Of a stretch of 64,000 nucleotides of DNA, positions 1 to 10,053 are shown in pieces. Origin of the DNA: an uncultured bacterium. GTDB taxonomy: Bacteria; Acidobacteriota; HRBIN11; JAKEFK01. A model generated the notes under the pieces. That model searched no databases and was not told the origin of the DNA. It saw nothing but the letters and a program-made list of their open reading frames with translations. The position numbers and the translations under genes are program-made. The DNA is taken from assembly GCA_963777505.1 (NCBI GenBank), contig CAVZQN010000007.1:1-64000 (forward strand), written 5' to 3'. Position 1 is the first letter of the stretch, and each line of letters opens with the position of its first letter.

Positions 1-1684
1 ACAAATTCTCCACAAGGGGTTTCCGATTTTGACTGGTCCCCTGATAGCAAAAAATTAGCGTTGGTCATTACGGATAAAGATCCAGATGAGCCAGAAGAAG
101 ACCAGCAAAGAAGATGCTGCCGAAGCTTCAAAAGATAAAACGGCGAAACCGATTGTAATTACCCGACGTCAATTCAAACGTGATCAAGAAGGGTATCTCA
201 AAGAAATTTACGATCATATTCATACGATCGATATCTCAACGAAGACAATGAAGCAGATTACCTCGGGCCCACAGGATGATTCATGGCCAAGATGGAGTCC
301 CGATGGAAAACAAATTCTCTTTGTAAGCAACCGGACCGGAGACCAGGATGCAAACCGTAACACAGATGTTCTTGCGGTGTCAGCCGAAGGTGGTGAGCCT
401 AAGAAGTTAACTTCGAATCCCGGTGGCGATGAAAATCCAGAATGGAGTCCGGATGGAAAATGGATCGTTTATCAAACCACAGTGAAGCCAGATTTAATGT
501 GGTATGAAGTGCCAAAGTGTGCACTGATTCAATCTTCCGGCGGCGACGCCAAAATATTAACTGCTGAATTAGATCGATATTGCATCTATCCAACTTTTGC
601 ACCGGATAGCAAATCGATTTACTTCCTGTTGGAAGATAGCGGAACGGATCGTGTTGCCAACGTTTCAGTAAACGGCGGAACAGTCAATCGAAATGTTGTT
701 GGCGAAACAGAAATCACCGATTTTGATTTAGCCCCCAATGGCACAATCGCCTTTCTCGCAAACAGGCCCGATCTTCCTGATGAAGCATTTTTTTGGACAC
801 CCCAAGCAAAGTCAAAACAGATAACATTCACGAATGCGAAATTGCTGAATGAAATTCAGTTCGGGAAACTCGAACGGATTCAATTCAAAAGCAAAGACGG
901 AACAGCTGTTGAAGGCTTTGTTATTCAACCACCGGGTTTTGATTCTTCCAAAAAATATCCACTCATTTTGCGGATTCATGGCGGACCCGTCTCCCAATAT
1001 CCCGAAGGATTCTCATTCGAATGGCAAATTCTGGCAGCCAACGGTTATGTAGTTGTTTCAGTCAACCCGAGAGGCTCTTCAGGATATGGAGAAGATTTTT
1101 CCAAAGCGATCTTCGCTGATTGGGGAAATAAGGATTATGAAGATGTAATCGCCGGAGTCGATCATGTCATTTCAAAAGGGTATGTCGATCCAGAAAAAAT
1201 GGGAGTCGGCGGATGGAGTTACGGCGGCATTTTGACCGATTACGTGATTACAAAAACCACACGCTTCAAAGCCGCTATTGCCGGTGCCAGTGAAGCAAAT
1301 CATTTTGCCGGTTACGGCACAGATCATTATCAATATGAATGGGAAAAAGAGCTTGGGTTACCCTGGGAAAATTATGAGTTATGGCATAAGATTTCCGCAT
1401 TTTTTCAAGTCGGGAAAGTCAAAACCCCCACATTATTTGTATGCGGACAATCTGATTGGAATGTGCCAGTAATTAATTCAGAACAGATGTATCAAGCGCT
1501 TCGGCGGCTGGGCATCGATACTATGTTGATTATCTATCCTGATCAGTCTCATTCAATCACTACGCCGTCTTATAGCAAAGATCGATTTGATCGATATCTT
1601 GCCTGGTATGGACACTATCTGCAGGGTAAACCAGAGAAGGTGCCACCGAAACCAAAGAAAGAAGAGACAAAAGTAGCTAAATAA
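1..1684 (+). CDS. S9 family (prolyl oligopeptidase/acylaminoacyl) peptidase, 5'-partial, with a +1 frameshift near 90-100
   Basis: PD40-like WSPDG propeller repeats, IHGGP, nucleophile GWSYGG, Asp in DWNVP, His in SHSI. Frame 1 from base 1 reads TNSPQGVSDFDWSPDSKKLALVITDKD (another propeller blade) before shifting into the 86..1684 frame. Confidence 0.9.
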
Positions 1685-1726
1685 GTTTGTGAATAGCATA
1701 GAGTAAACCAGAAAGAAAAGTGGGGA

Positions 1727-1749
1727 GGGCGGGCATTACCCGCCCCTAC
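1727..1749. repeat. single REP-like palindrome (GTAG-type end), probable terminator between convergent genes
   Basis: GGGCGGG-CATTA-CCCGCCC followed by CTAC, the same end as the doublets at 19383, 20744 and 59171. Confidence 0.6.
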
Positions 1750-1759
1750 TACAAAAACC

Positions 1760-2314
1760 CTACTCCGTGTTAAAGGTGAAGCGGACGTTATAAGATCCTG
1801 TCACGTTTATTCCAAGACGTTCCATTGTGGCAACGCCTCTTGCGCCGGCGAATTGTCCGATGCCGCCAAGAATTACACGGGTTGTATTTGTTGATCCTTC
1901 AAAGCCATCTGTAATCAGGCGATTCTTATCATTTAGAACAAAGTAATGTGTGGATGCGCGTTGAATTTTTTCGGCTTCCATTCTATTTGCACCAACCAGA
2001 AACGATCCACGAGAATAAAACTCACCGATACTCCCGGGGGCGCCAGGTCCAAATGAACTAGGTGCAGTTCGAGTTCCACCCTTTGGAATTGTGCCGCCAG
2101 GGTAGATTTGTCCATTAATCAAATACGCATCACCACGCTTAACCTCGGTTGCTGCTGAATCTTGTTGGCTTAATGTAAAACTTTCTCCATTCATCGCTAC
2201 ATCATAAGTAACCGCTTGTACTGCCTGTACAGATGTAGTTGCAGGCTCCGGCATAACGCTAATTGCCAGGGCTGCAGTAGCCGCAATAAAAACGGCCCAT
2301 AACAATTTTTTCAT
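1760..2314 (-). CDS. secreted protein, dirigent/allene-oxide-cyclase-like beta-barrel
   Basis: Signal peptide MKKLLWAVFIAATAALA, GGAGG RBS, C-terminal VILGGIGQFAGARG motif typical of dirigent/AOC-like folds. Confidence 0.6.
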   Translation of the reverse strand: MKKLLWAVFIAATAALAISVMPEPATTSVQAVQAVTYDVAMNGESFTLSQQDSAATEVKRGDAYLINGQIYPGGTIPKGGTRTAPSSFGPGAPGSIGEFYSRGSFLVGANRMEAEKIQRASTHYFVLNDKNRLITDGFEGSTNTTRVILGGIGQFAGARGVATMERLGINVTGSYNVRFTFNTE

Positions 2315-2334
2315 CGATCCTCCAGTGTTTATTC

Positions 2335-2556
2335 ATGAAGGAAAGGCCGAAGCATGACCCTCACCCATTGAACATAGACGGACCCGCACTGTTGCAGGTT
2401 GCTTCTCCGCCATCTTAGAAACATTGCCGGACTGGCCGCAGGTAGGATTACATCCAATTCCTTCATACGAAGTACGTATGAATGATAAAACGGAATCTAT
2501 ACCGTTTAGCCTCATCTTCATCCCCAGTCCTTAATTTCCGTATCCGGCTAGGACTG
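2335..2556 (-). ncRNA. candidate structured 5' leader RNA (family unassigned)
   Basis: Nested stems found by eye: 2458-2466/2335-2343, 2449-2457/2368-2376, 2437-2443/2382-2388 and 2417-2423/2400-2406. Further hairpins at 2462-2482, 2488-2507 and 2525-2556. The G-U wobbles work only on the minus strand. Confidence 0.5.
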
Positions 2557-2676
2557 TTGTAGTACGCTAAGTGTAATATGATTGGTGCCGTATGTAAAGA
2601 GCTACATGTAGGGGGTAGTATGATGAAAGGCTAGAGATATTGGGGTATCTATGTGATGCGGATTTGGGATGCTAGT

Positions 2677-3399
2677 TTATTTGGCATCGTGGAAGATGAT
2701 GCCTAAAGTAAAGCGTGAACCTGAGAGGATTTTGCTGACACCATGGCGCATTGTTGCGCGATAGTATCCGCGGGTTCCATGAACAGGACGAAACGATGTC
2801 GCAAAAAAAACAAAAGCACCTTGCGGAATTGAAACGACATGCCCGGCTGATTGCGCGCGCGGCCGTTGCTCAATCAACAGAAATTCACCACCTGTAAAAT
2901 CCTTTCCAGGATTGCTTAACATGCATGTACCCTGAATGGGGAAGAATAATTCTCCATATAAATCCTGATGCAAACAGTTGTAATCATTCTTCTTATAAGA
3001 AAGCATCAACGGAGTCGGACGCTTCTGTCCACCGCGGTGACACTCCTCCAGAAATTGATTCAGCGTGTCGGGGTAAGATCGTTTCAGGTTCAGGCTTTCG
3101 ATCCAATGGTTCGCGACCGGCACAAGGTGCGGATAAAATTGTTGCCGTAATTCTTGTATCAGATCCGGCAGCGGATACTTAAAGTACTTATACTCCCCCG
3201 CTCCAAATCGATACTGCTCCATTTGAATTCTGCTGCGAAAATGTGAATCGCGTGAATACGATTCAATCAGATCTTTACATTCCTCTGGCGTCAACACGGG
3301 TTCGGTAATGGAAAAGCCTTGTGAATTCAACTCCTCCGATATGAGAGTCCAATTGAGTTCCGCTGCATTTTGCATGTGATTAAGTATGGGACGGATCAC
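2677..3399 (-). CDS. 2OG-Fe(II) oxygenase, DUF2086-type
   Basis: RPTPL, YNCLHQDLYG (HxD), DFTGGEF, EQRPRAQS, MRHGVS and RFTLGIIFHDA motifs. Confidence 0.85.
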   Translation of the reverse strand: MIRPILNHMQNAAELNWTLISEELNSQGFSITEPVLTPEECKDLIESYSRDSHFRSRIQMEQYRFGAGEYKYFKYPLPDLIQELRQQFYPHLVPVANHWIESLNLKRSYPDTLNQFLEECHRGGQKRPTPLMLSYKKNDYNCLHQDLYGELFFPIQGTCMLSNPGKDFTGGEFLLIEQRPRAQSAGHVVSIPQGAFVFFATSFRPVHGTRGYYRATMRHGVSKILSGSRFTLGIIFHDAK

Positions 3400-3447
3400 G
3401 TCCGAATTCTATCCGGAACATGAAATTCAAATACAAAGGAAAGAATT

Positions 3448-4536
3448 TTAGGCAGGCAATAACATTTCATTGAAATATAACGACAAAAGCAGATTCTCAT
3501 TCAAATCATCGTTATACTTTTCAAGAACCATCTTTTTGATCTCTTCGGTCGTCTTCACTCCATCAAACCAACTGATTACGTCAGATAATGCTTCCTGCAC
3601 CAGGAAGAATCCCACATCTGTTTTAACCATGTATGAAGATTGATCTGGCATAGGAAAAGCTTTTAATTCTGGATTTCTGCGCAAGATAGGTGGAATTTTG
3701 GGATTGATCACATCATTCTGCTTTTCTTTTAGCGAACGTAAGAGTACTTTTTCATGCATTCCGGAGATTCGATCGAACTCATCGCGACTCAGCTGTGAAA
3801 CAAGTTTGAAGCTTTCACAATAAAATTCTTCTTCCCTTCCGATCCACTGTCCCCAAATCTTCTTATAGCTTTCTTCCGGAGGAGATAATAGATCCAGGTC
3901 TTCCGGTTCAAGTAAACCCGACTCCAAATTGCGCACATAATCCAGGATACTGTCTACATCCCAATCCATTTTATAAAGCACATACCATGACAGAGTGTCT
4001 TGTGCCTGGTTTAAGTACCTGCGCAAAACTGTCCAGAATTTCTGACCTTGATTGCCGGCCATTGTTTTGCAGAAATATGTTGAACAAACGCAGTCGCGAA
4101 ATTTCCAGATTGAGCATAACCCGCCCTCTTTTACATAGTACGGACAAATCAAGGTTTCGCTCCTGCCAAAACTTCGCTTAGTGCTCGATCTGTGGATGAG
4201 GCTAAAACGTTTCGGAACGTCTACCGCTTGAGGTGTGACTGCAATTCGGGTCTGAATCCGTTCCCGAATTCTTCTGCGTCCTTCTTCCATGGACGGATTT
4301 GTATCGGTTAAGAGTCCGCCTACTAAATAATTGGGAAGCTTCGGGTAATACGAACAACATTTCACATCCGGTTTGAAGTATTCAATCCCAGGAACTACAG
4401 GTTCACCTGGCTTTTGACACATTGCACAATCATTGCAGGTCGCATTTTCTTCAATTGGAATCTCTTCTTCAAAAAACGCCGGAAACATAGACCTGTATAA
4501 TTCTGGCAAATCTGTGTAAATCGGCTGCAACTTCAT
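3448..4536 (-). CDS. Cys-cluster (CxxCxxC..CC, YkgJ/FliB-like) protein with C-terminal winged-helix/PqqD-like domain
   Basis: CNDCAMC, KCCSYYP, CPYY, LCSIW..RDCVCSTYFC. The tail SWFDGVKTTEEIKKMVLEKY resembles PqqD/RRE helices. Confidence 0.55.
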   Translation of the reverse strand: MKLQPIYTDLPELYRSMFPAFFEEEIPIEENATCNDCAMCQKPGEPVVPGIEYFKPDVKCCSYYPKLPNYLVGGLLTDTNPSMEEGRRRIRERIQTRIAVTPQAVDVPKRFSLIHRSSTKRSFGRSETLICPYYVKEGGLCSIWKFRDCVCSTYFCKTMAGNQGQKFWTVLRRYLNQAQDTLSWYVLYKMDWDVDSILDYVRNLESGLLEPEDLDLLSPPEESYKKIWGQWIGREEEFYCESFKLVSQLSRDEFDRISGMHEKVLLRSLKEKQNDVINPKIPPILRRNPELKAFPMPDQSSYMVKTDVGFFLVQEALSDVISWFDGVKTTEEIKKMVLEKYNDDLNENLLLSLYFNEMLLPA

Positions 4537-4627
4537 AAGATAAAAAATGAAAAATCAAAAATAAAAGATAAGGAAGACTAGAGTCTCAGTCTTAATACTT
4601 TACTCTTCATTTTTGATCTTTGATCTT

Positions 4628-5710
4628 TCATTTTTTTTGTTCGGCGCCTTTTTTTAGAAGCAATGATACAAGATCTGAATTTCCTGATTCCTGTGCGAGA
4701 TGAACGGCGTCATGATTTTGCTTGTTTTTTAAACTCAGGTTTGCACCATGTTGAATCAATATTTCCGCGACTTCAAGTTTTCCAGCGCTTGCCGCATGCA
4801 ACAAGGGGGTTGCTCCGGAAGTGTCGACAGCGTTTGGATTTGCCTTCTTTGAACACAAAAGCTTTACAGACTCAACATGCCCATTACGCGATGTCCATGC
4901 GAGTGCTGTCATTCCTTTTTTATCTTTGGCGTCACGATCTTCAGCGGTAATTGCGTTCTTCAACAAAAGTTCAACGAGATCCGTATACCCGCGTTGCGCA
5001 GCCAATATTAATGCGGTTTCCAAAGTAGCATGATTTTGAACAAGAACGTCTGCTCCTGCATTGATGAGCGCTTCGGTAATCGAAAATTCATTCTCCGTGA
5101 CGGCGAGCATGACTGCACTGAATCCAGCATTATCGCGTACATCAACATTTGCGCCTCCAGTGATGAGAGCGTGAGCAATTTCAGATTGATGTGTACGAAT
5201 TGCATGAATCAATGCTGAATTCCCATCAAAATCAGGCTGACTTAAATTCAATCCGCCAGTTACGAGCGCGCGAACAGCTTCCAGATGTCCGTTGAGAACC
5301 GCAACTGAAACCGGAGTTCTGCCTTTCACATCCTTTTGATTCCGATCCAATTTCGGATTTGAAAGAAAGGCCTGGATTATGTTGATTCTTCCAGCTTGAG
5401 CTGCATGCATTAGTGCAGTCTCACCTTGCTGATTCTTGCGATTTGGATCCGCACCGGCATCGAGCAATGCTTTTACAATCGTTGCATTGCCACTTTGGCT
5501 GGCTTTCATCAATGCTGATTCACCGGCCGAATCAGCACTTTCTATATCAATGCCGCCTTCGATAAACAACAGCGCAAGATCTTCTTTGCCATCAGCGATC
5601 TGTTTTAAAAAGGAGTCCGAATTGAATTCAATTCCACGGGTTTCAATTTGTTTTCTTGCTTTCCCGGGAACATTTAAGACTTTTGTCCGGAAGAAATCTT
5701 TTACAGACAC
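4628..5710 (-). CDS. ankyrin repeat protein
   Basis: About nine G-x-T/S-A/P-L-x-x-A...G...GAD/NxN repeats. Confidence 0.93.
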   Translation of the reverse strand: MSVKDFFRTKVLNVPGKARKQIETRGIEFNSDSFLKQIADGKEDLALLFIEGGIDIESADSAGESALMKASQSGNATIVKALLDAGADPNRKNQQGETALMHAAQAGRINIIQAFLSNPKLDRNQKDVKGRTPVSVAVLNGHLEAVRALVTGGLNLSQPDFDGNSALIHAIRTHQSEIAHALITGGANVDVRDNAGFSAVMLAVTENEFSITEALINAGADVLVQNHATLETALILAAQRGYTDLVELLLKNAITAEDRDAKDKKGMTALAWTSRNGHVESVKLLCSKKANPNAVDTSGATPLLHAASAGKLEVAEILIQHGANLSLKNKQNHDAVHLAQESGNSDLVSLLLKKGAEQKK

Positions 5711-5807
5711 AACAAACGATGCCTCCGAGTGTTCCTACCTTTTTTTATGAGAGTGATTATTATATTCAAAGTGTTTTGAAAGCATAAGGAAAATTTCAGG
5801 AGGAAGC

Positions 5808-7400
5808 ATGAAAAGACTTTTTGCTGGAGCTGCGCTTTTGCTTGTAACAGCTATTGCTCTCCCTGCTAAAGACAATCCCGGCAACGCTAAGACTGAAGTC
5901 ATCCCCCTCCTTTCTGAAGAAATAATTGAGCCCCGTATCGATGGTGTACCAGATCCTGACGCAAACCGCGTTACCACGGTCAAACGTGTTCGATCCCATC
6001 GTTATGTTGATGAACAAACCTACGCTCGTTTGAAGGATGAAGCGTACAACAATCCTGCCCTTCCTGAAGGTAAATTGATTCGATCTCTCGATGAGCGAGA
6101 ATTGCACGCCACAGCGGCCCCCGTCATTTTAAGACGATTTAATGGCATTAACTTTTTTAACGAACCTGGTTTTCCCCCAGATACAATCGTTGCTGCCGGC
6201 CCAAGCCATGTACTTGAAGGCACAAATAGCGGAATGCGCCTTTCATCAAAAGAAAACACGAATGTTCAGGCAGTACTAACGACAGCATTTTTCAATCGAC
6301 CAAACAAATTCCTATTTGATCCCAAGGTATATTTCGACAGGATCTCAAACCGTTTTTTTGCAGTTATTTTAGAATTCGATGATTCTCCTCAAACTTCTCT
6401 GATTCATCTTGCTGTTTCCCGAAGCGCTACTCCGGAGAGTCTGACATCCGGCTGGTGCCGGTATCAAATCAATGGAAAGACATCTGGCAGTGCCGCCGAC
6501 TTTCCAGGTTTAGGAATGAATGAAAATTGGCTTGCAATCACAACAAACAATTTCCGATTCAGCGACGATTTTTTTGATCGAACTCTGATTAAGGTCGTAA
6601 ACAAATCCGCTTTGGTGAACAATACAAACTCATGCCCCGCGATCAGAACATTTTCGTATGCGAATGCTGAAGCTTTTACGATACAACCGGCGCTTCATTA
6701 CACAACCAACACGCTTCCAGGTACACCATTGTTTATGGTTAGTACGATTTTTGGAAATGATAACGTCTACGAACTCTGGCGCATCAGAGGCCCTATAGGG
6801 ACCAGGCCTTCTCTAACGAAAACTGAAGTGACTGGAACTGCATACAGTATTCCGCCTAACAGCAAACACAAAGGTGGCGGTGTCTTGTTGGATACCGGAG
6901 ACAACAGAATGCTTCATACAGCTTTCCGAAACGGATCCATATGGAGCGCTTTTTCCACAGGTTGCAGTTTTGGTCTGCCTCCCAATGAGAGTTGCTTCAG
7001 GCTTGTTGAAATTTTGCCAAATGCAACTAGCGGCTCTGTAGGGTTTGAAGATTCATTTGGTGGTGGTGCCGGGAAATTCTTCTGGATGCCATCAGTGGCA
7101 GTAAATCAGAATAACGATGTTGTCGTTGCATTTCAGCAAAGTAGTCCCGGAATATTTTTAGGAACTGCGTTCACAGGAAAACGCGCAAACTTGAACCGCT
7201 TCGATCCATTCCGCGTAGCGCGGCCAGGGGGCTGCAATTTGAGTGATGTGGATGGAGGCGGCCGCAATCGAACCGGAGATTATACTGGCGCTCAGACGGA
7301 TCCTGACAACGTCTCATTCTGGATTGGTGGAGAGTTCCCTTCTACTCAAAACAATCGTTGCGAGTGGAATACAGTGATTGCTCAGGTTAAATACAATTAA
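5808..7400 (+). CDS. secreted hypothetical protein, probable beta-propeller
   Basis: AGGAGG RBS, signal peptide, PPDTIVAAGP, FDPKVYFD, ADFPGLG and RTGDY motifs, paired Cys. Confidence 0.65.
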   Translation: MKRLFAGAALLLVTAIALPAKDNPGNAKTEVIPLLSEEIIEPRIDGVPDPDANRVTTVKRVRSHRYVDEQTYARLKDEAYNNPALPEGKLIRSLDERELHATAAPVILRRFNGINFFNEPGFPPDTIVAAGPSHVLEGTNSGMRLSSKENTNVQAVLTTAFFNRPNKFLFDPKVYFDRISNRFFAVILEFDDSPQTSLIHLAVSRSATPESLTSGWCRYQINGKTSGSAADFPGLGMNENWLAITTNNFRFSDDFFDRTLIKVVNKSALVNNTNSCPAIRTFSYANAEAFTIQPALHYTTNTLPGTPLFMVSTIFGNDNVYELWRIRGPIGTRPSLTKTEVTGTAYSIPPNSKHKGGGVLLDTGDNRMLHTAFRNGSIWSAFSTGCSFGLPPNESCFRLVEILPNATSGSVGFEDSFGGGAGKFFWMPSVAVNQNNDVVVAFQQSSPGIFLGTAFTGKRANLNRFDPFRVARPGGCNLSDVDGGGRNRTGDYTGAQTDPDNVSFWIGGEFPSTQNNRCEWNTVIAQVKYN

Positions 7401-7433
7401 TACGGAGCGCAGACATTGCCTGTATGAAAATTT

Positions 7434-7483
7434 GCGGACTAGAAGTCCGCGGTCCCCAATGCAGGCCAGAGGCCTGCGGTCCC
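7434..7483. repeat. tandem REP-like palindromes ending GGTCCC
   Basis: GCGGACT-AGA-AGTCCGC-GGTCCC and GCAGGCC-AGA-GGCCTGC-GGTCCC between convergent genes. A related degenerate copy lies at 14701-14722. Confidence 0.7.
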
Positions 7484-7493
7484 TTTGCATTTC

Positions 7494-9248
7494 TTATTGA
7501 GGGGATCGATTTAAGACTGCAGCAATATTCCAGTTCGCCGTTTCAAGAAGGCTTTTGGCTTCATCTACTGAAATATTTTTTAAACGGCTGACAATCTGTA
7601 CAGCGCGTTCCCGCAGCTTGGAGTTGGTTGGACTTAATCCAACCATCAAATTGCCTTTCACTTTTCCAAGTTTGATTAATGAACATGTGGAAAGAATATT
7701 CAATGCAAGTTTTGTTGCTGTCCCTGCTTTCAGGCGCGTTGATCCTGTAATTAACTCGGGGCCGGTTGGCAAATCAATTTCCAAATCAAAAACGCTCGTG
7801 CGGTCTCGCTCAGGATTGCAGGTCAACAGGATCGTTTTTGCTCCGATTTGTTTTGCTTGATTTAATGCGGAAAGAACAAAAGGGGTACGACCGCTTGCTG
7901 AGATCCCGCAAACAACATCGTTTGCTTTCACACCGCGTTCGATGATTGAATTGGCTCCTTTCATTTCATCATCTTCTGCACCTTCAACGCTTCGATACAA
8001 AGCTGTTGCACCGCCGGCCATAATTGCCTGAACGCGATCAGGTGGCTCCCCAAAGGTTGGCGGGATTTCGCTTGCATCGAGCGTACCAAGACGTCCACTC
8101 GTTCCAGCACCTACATAAAATAGCCTGCCATTTTTTTCAAATACAAATGTGATGATCTCGATTGCTTCTTCGAGCTCTTTCCTCTTCGAATCAAGAGCTT
8201 TCGCAACAAACTCTTCTTCGCTTACAAATAAATCGATCAATTCCGCTGTATTCATTTGATCAATCAAAAGCGATCGTGGATTCGATTGTTCTGTTGAAGC
8301 ACGACTTAATTCGTCTTTGTTTATTTGAAGCGGAACTTTCCGCAATTTTCCATCTGGCAAATAGTGTTTGCCTGATTGTGCAAGCCATGCTGCTCCTTGT
8401 GATCCTTTTGTATTGGTGAGATCAATCGAAGAAGTATTGAGAATGTCACTTAGCGCTTTACGGTAAAGGTCCACATATAAAGGTTGATGTTGAAAAACTC
8501 CGCCAAGCAATCGAACATCTGGCGATTCAAAGTTGAGCCATCTCGCGACTGATAGCGTATATTCGGCAAGCGACTCCGCGCCAACTCTTATGATTTCAAG
8601 CATTTCATGATCTCCGCTTTGTGCGGCATCAAACATCACAGGTAACAATTGTGAAATTGACATCTTGTTGGCATCCTGAGTCCACGCTATCAAATCTTCC
8701 ATGCGATTCAGCATCAAAGCTCGCAGGAGTTCACTTCCAAGAGGTGTAGTTCGATGTTCAAGATCGTAGTTGCGCAAAACCAGGCGCAAGCCTTCCATGC
8801 AGATTACATAACCGCCGCCACGATCGCCTAGCAGATGACCTCTACCTCCTGCATTTTCAACTTTCCCATTCTTGCGGCCAGTTACTGCAGAACCAGTACC
8901 GCTGATTACAATGATTCCATCTCGATCTTGAAACGCGGCGGCAAAACCGGAATCACGATCGCTGCCAACAACAATTTCTGCAGACGGCCAAACTTGTTGT
9001 GATAGTTTGCGCAATTTACTTCGATCATCTGAAGTAATGCATCCTGCAAGGAAGACTCCTGCCTTGGAAATTTGCGTAGGCATGAGTCTCAGTGTTTCTA
9101 ACAACTGAGATTCTGTGATGAGTCTAAAATTTGTTGGTGACAGCTGTCCTTCATCAACAATAAGTATTGAATTCCCTTTCTTTTGAACTAAAATCCAATC
9201 TGTTTTGGTTCCCCCGCCTTCAACACCCAGTATCAGCTGCTGCTTCAT
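7494..9248 (-). CDS. murQ: fusion of BadF/BadG-type N-acetylhexosamine kinase and N-acetylmuramic acid 6-phosphate etherase
   Basis: N-half GVEGGGTKT, ISGTGS, GGRGHLLGDRGGGY. C-half TEQSNPRS, GAGTSGRLG, DASEIPPTF, VEGAED, GSTRLKAGTATK. Confidence 0.9.
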   Translation of the reverse strand: MKQQLILGVEGGGTKTDWILVQKKGNSILIVDEGQLSPTNFRLITESQLLETLRLMPTQISKAGVFLAGCITSDDRSKLRKLSQQVWPSAEIVVGSDRDSGFAAAFQDRDGIIVISGTGSAVTGRKNGKVENAGGRGHLLGDRGGGYVICMEGLRLVLRNYDLEHRTTPLGSELLRALMLNRMEDLIAWTQDANKMSISQLLPVMFDAAQSGDHEMLEIIRVGAESLAEYTLSVARWLNFESPDVRLLGGVFQHQPLYVDLYRKALSDILNTSSIDLTNTKGSQGAAWLAQSGKHYLPDGKLRKVPLQINKDELSRASTEQSNPRSLLIDQMNTAELIDLFVSEEEFVAKALDSKRKELEEAIEIITFVFEKNGRLFYVGAGTSGRLGTLDASEIPPTFGEPPDRVQAIMAGGATALYRSVEGAEDDEMKGANSIIERGVKANDVVCGISASGRTPFVLSALNQAKQIGAKTILLTCNPERDRTSVFDLEIDLPTGPELITGSTRLKAGTATKLALNILSTCSLIKLGKVKGNLMVGLSPTNSKLRERAVQIVSRLKNISVDEAKSLLETANWNIAAVLNRSPQ

Positions 9249-9318
9249 ATCTTCATAATAACGATGTCCGGTTTGATTTAAATAGGCTTATAGTATGGGA
9301 TAAACTTTTTCCCTTAGC

Positions 9319-10053
9319 TTGATCATGATCTTTCGAACCGCATTAGCATATTTTCGATTGTTCCTCGCGTTAATGGCAACCGTTTTTTGGTGCAGCCTTG
9401 CATTGGTATTACGGCCATTCTGGAAAAGAAGTGTCATTGTTCTGCAGCCATATTGGGCTCGCACCCTGCTATTCCTCGTTGGTGTTAAAGTGAATGTACG
9501 CTGCGATGCAACGATCTCCCCGCCTGTAATTTATGTAGCCAATCATCAAAGCGGTCTCGACATTCTTGTAATGATTGCGCACATGCCTGACAGCGTTCGC
9601 TTTGTTGCTAAAAAGGAACTGGCGAATGTTCCTTTCACAGGTTGGTGTATGAGGGCAGCAGATTATTTGTTCATCGACCGCGATAATCCTGGTGGTGCGC
9701 GCGAAAAGTTACGTCAGGCTGGAGCCGAGATCCGATCCGGCGGACGCAGCGTTATCATGTTTCCAGAAGGAACTCGCTATCCATTGGGACACCTTGGTCC
9801 ATTCAAGTCAGGAGCTTTTTATCTTGCCCTTGCGGCTGAAACTACACTCGTTCCAGTTGGAATAACGAATACTGGGGAATTGATGGAACGAAAAGGATTA
9901 TTGTGCTATTCAGGATCTGTGAATATCAATATCGGTCCACTTATCAATACAAGTCAGTGGGTCGGCCGCGAACAACAGTTGCGTGACTACGTTCGTGATG
10001 AAGTACGAAGGCTCGCTGGTAAGAGTGCAGCGCTAGATTCTGTCTCCAGCTAA
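9319..10053 (+). CDS. plsC: 1-acyl-sn-glycerol-3-phosphate acyltransferase family
   Basis: NHQSGLD, FIDR, FPEGTR and FKSGAF motifs. Confidence 0.88.
   Translation: MIMIFRTALAYFRLFLALMATVFWCSLALVLRPFWKRSVIVLQPYWARTLLFLVGVKVNVRCDATISPPVIYVANHQSGLDILVMIAHMPDSVRFVAKKELANVPFTGWCMRAADYLFIDRDNPGGAREKLRQAGAEIRSGGRSVIMFPEGTRYPLGHLGPFKSGAFYLALAAETTLVPVGITNTGELMERKGLLCYSGSVNINIGPLINTSQWVGREQQLRDYVRDEVRRLAGKSAALDSVSS

Noticed and set aside
2335-2470. 6S RNA call, from short word matches (GGCCAGTCC, GGTCCGTC, GTTCAA)
   Set aside because: The paired domain is only about 130 nt, is branched and lacks a large central bubble. The matches are too short to assign without a covariance model.
2333-2521. 62-aa minus ORF with three Cys as a RiPP precursor or leader peptide
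   Set aside because: Weak RBS and no precursor-like composition. It coincides with the RNA structure, which explains the region better. Not fully excluded.
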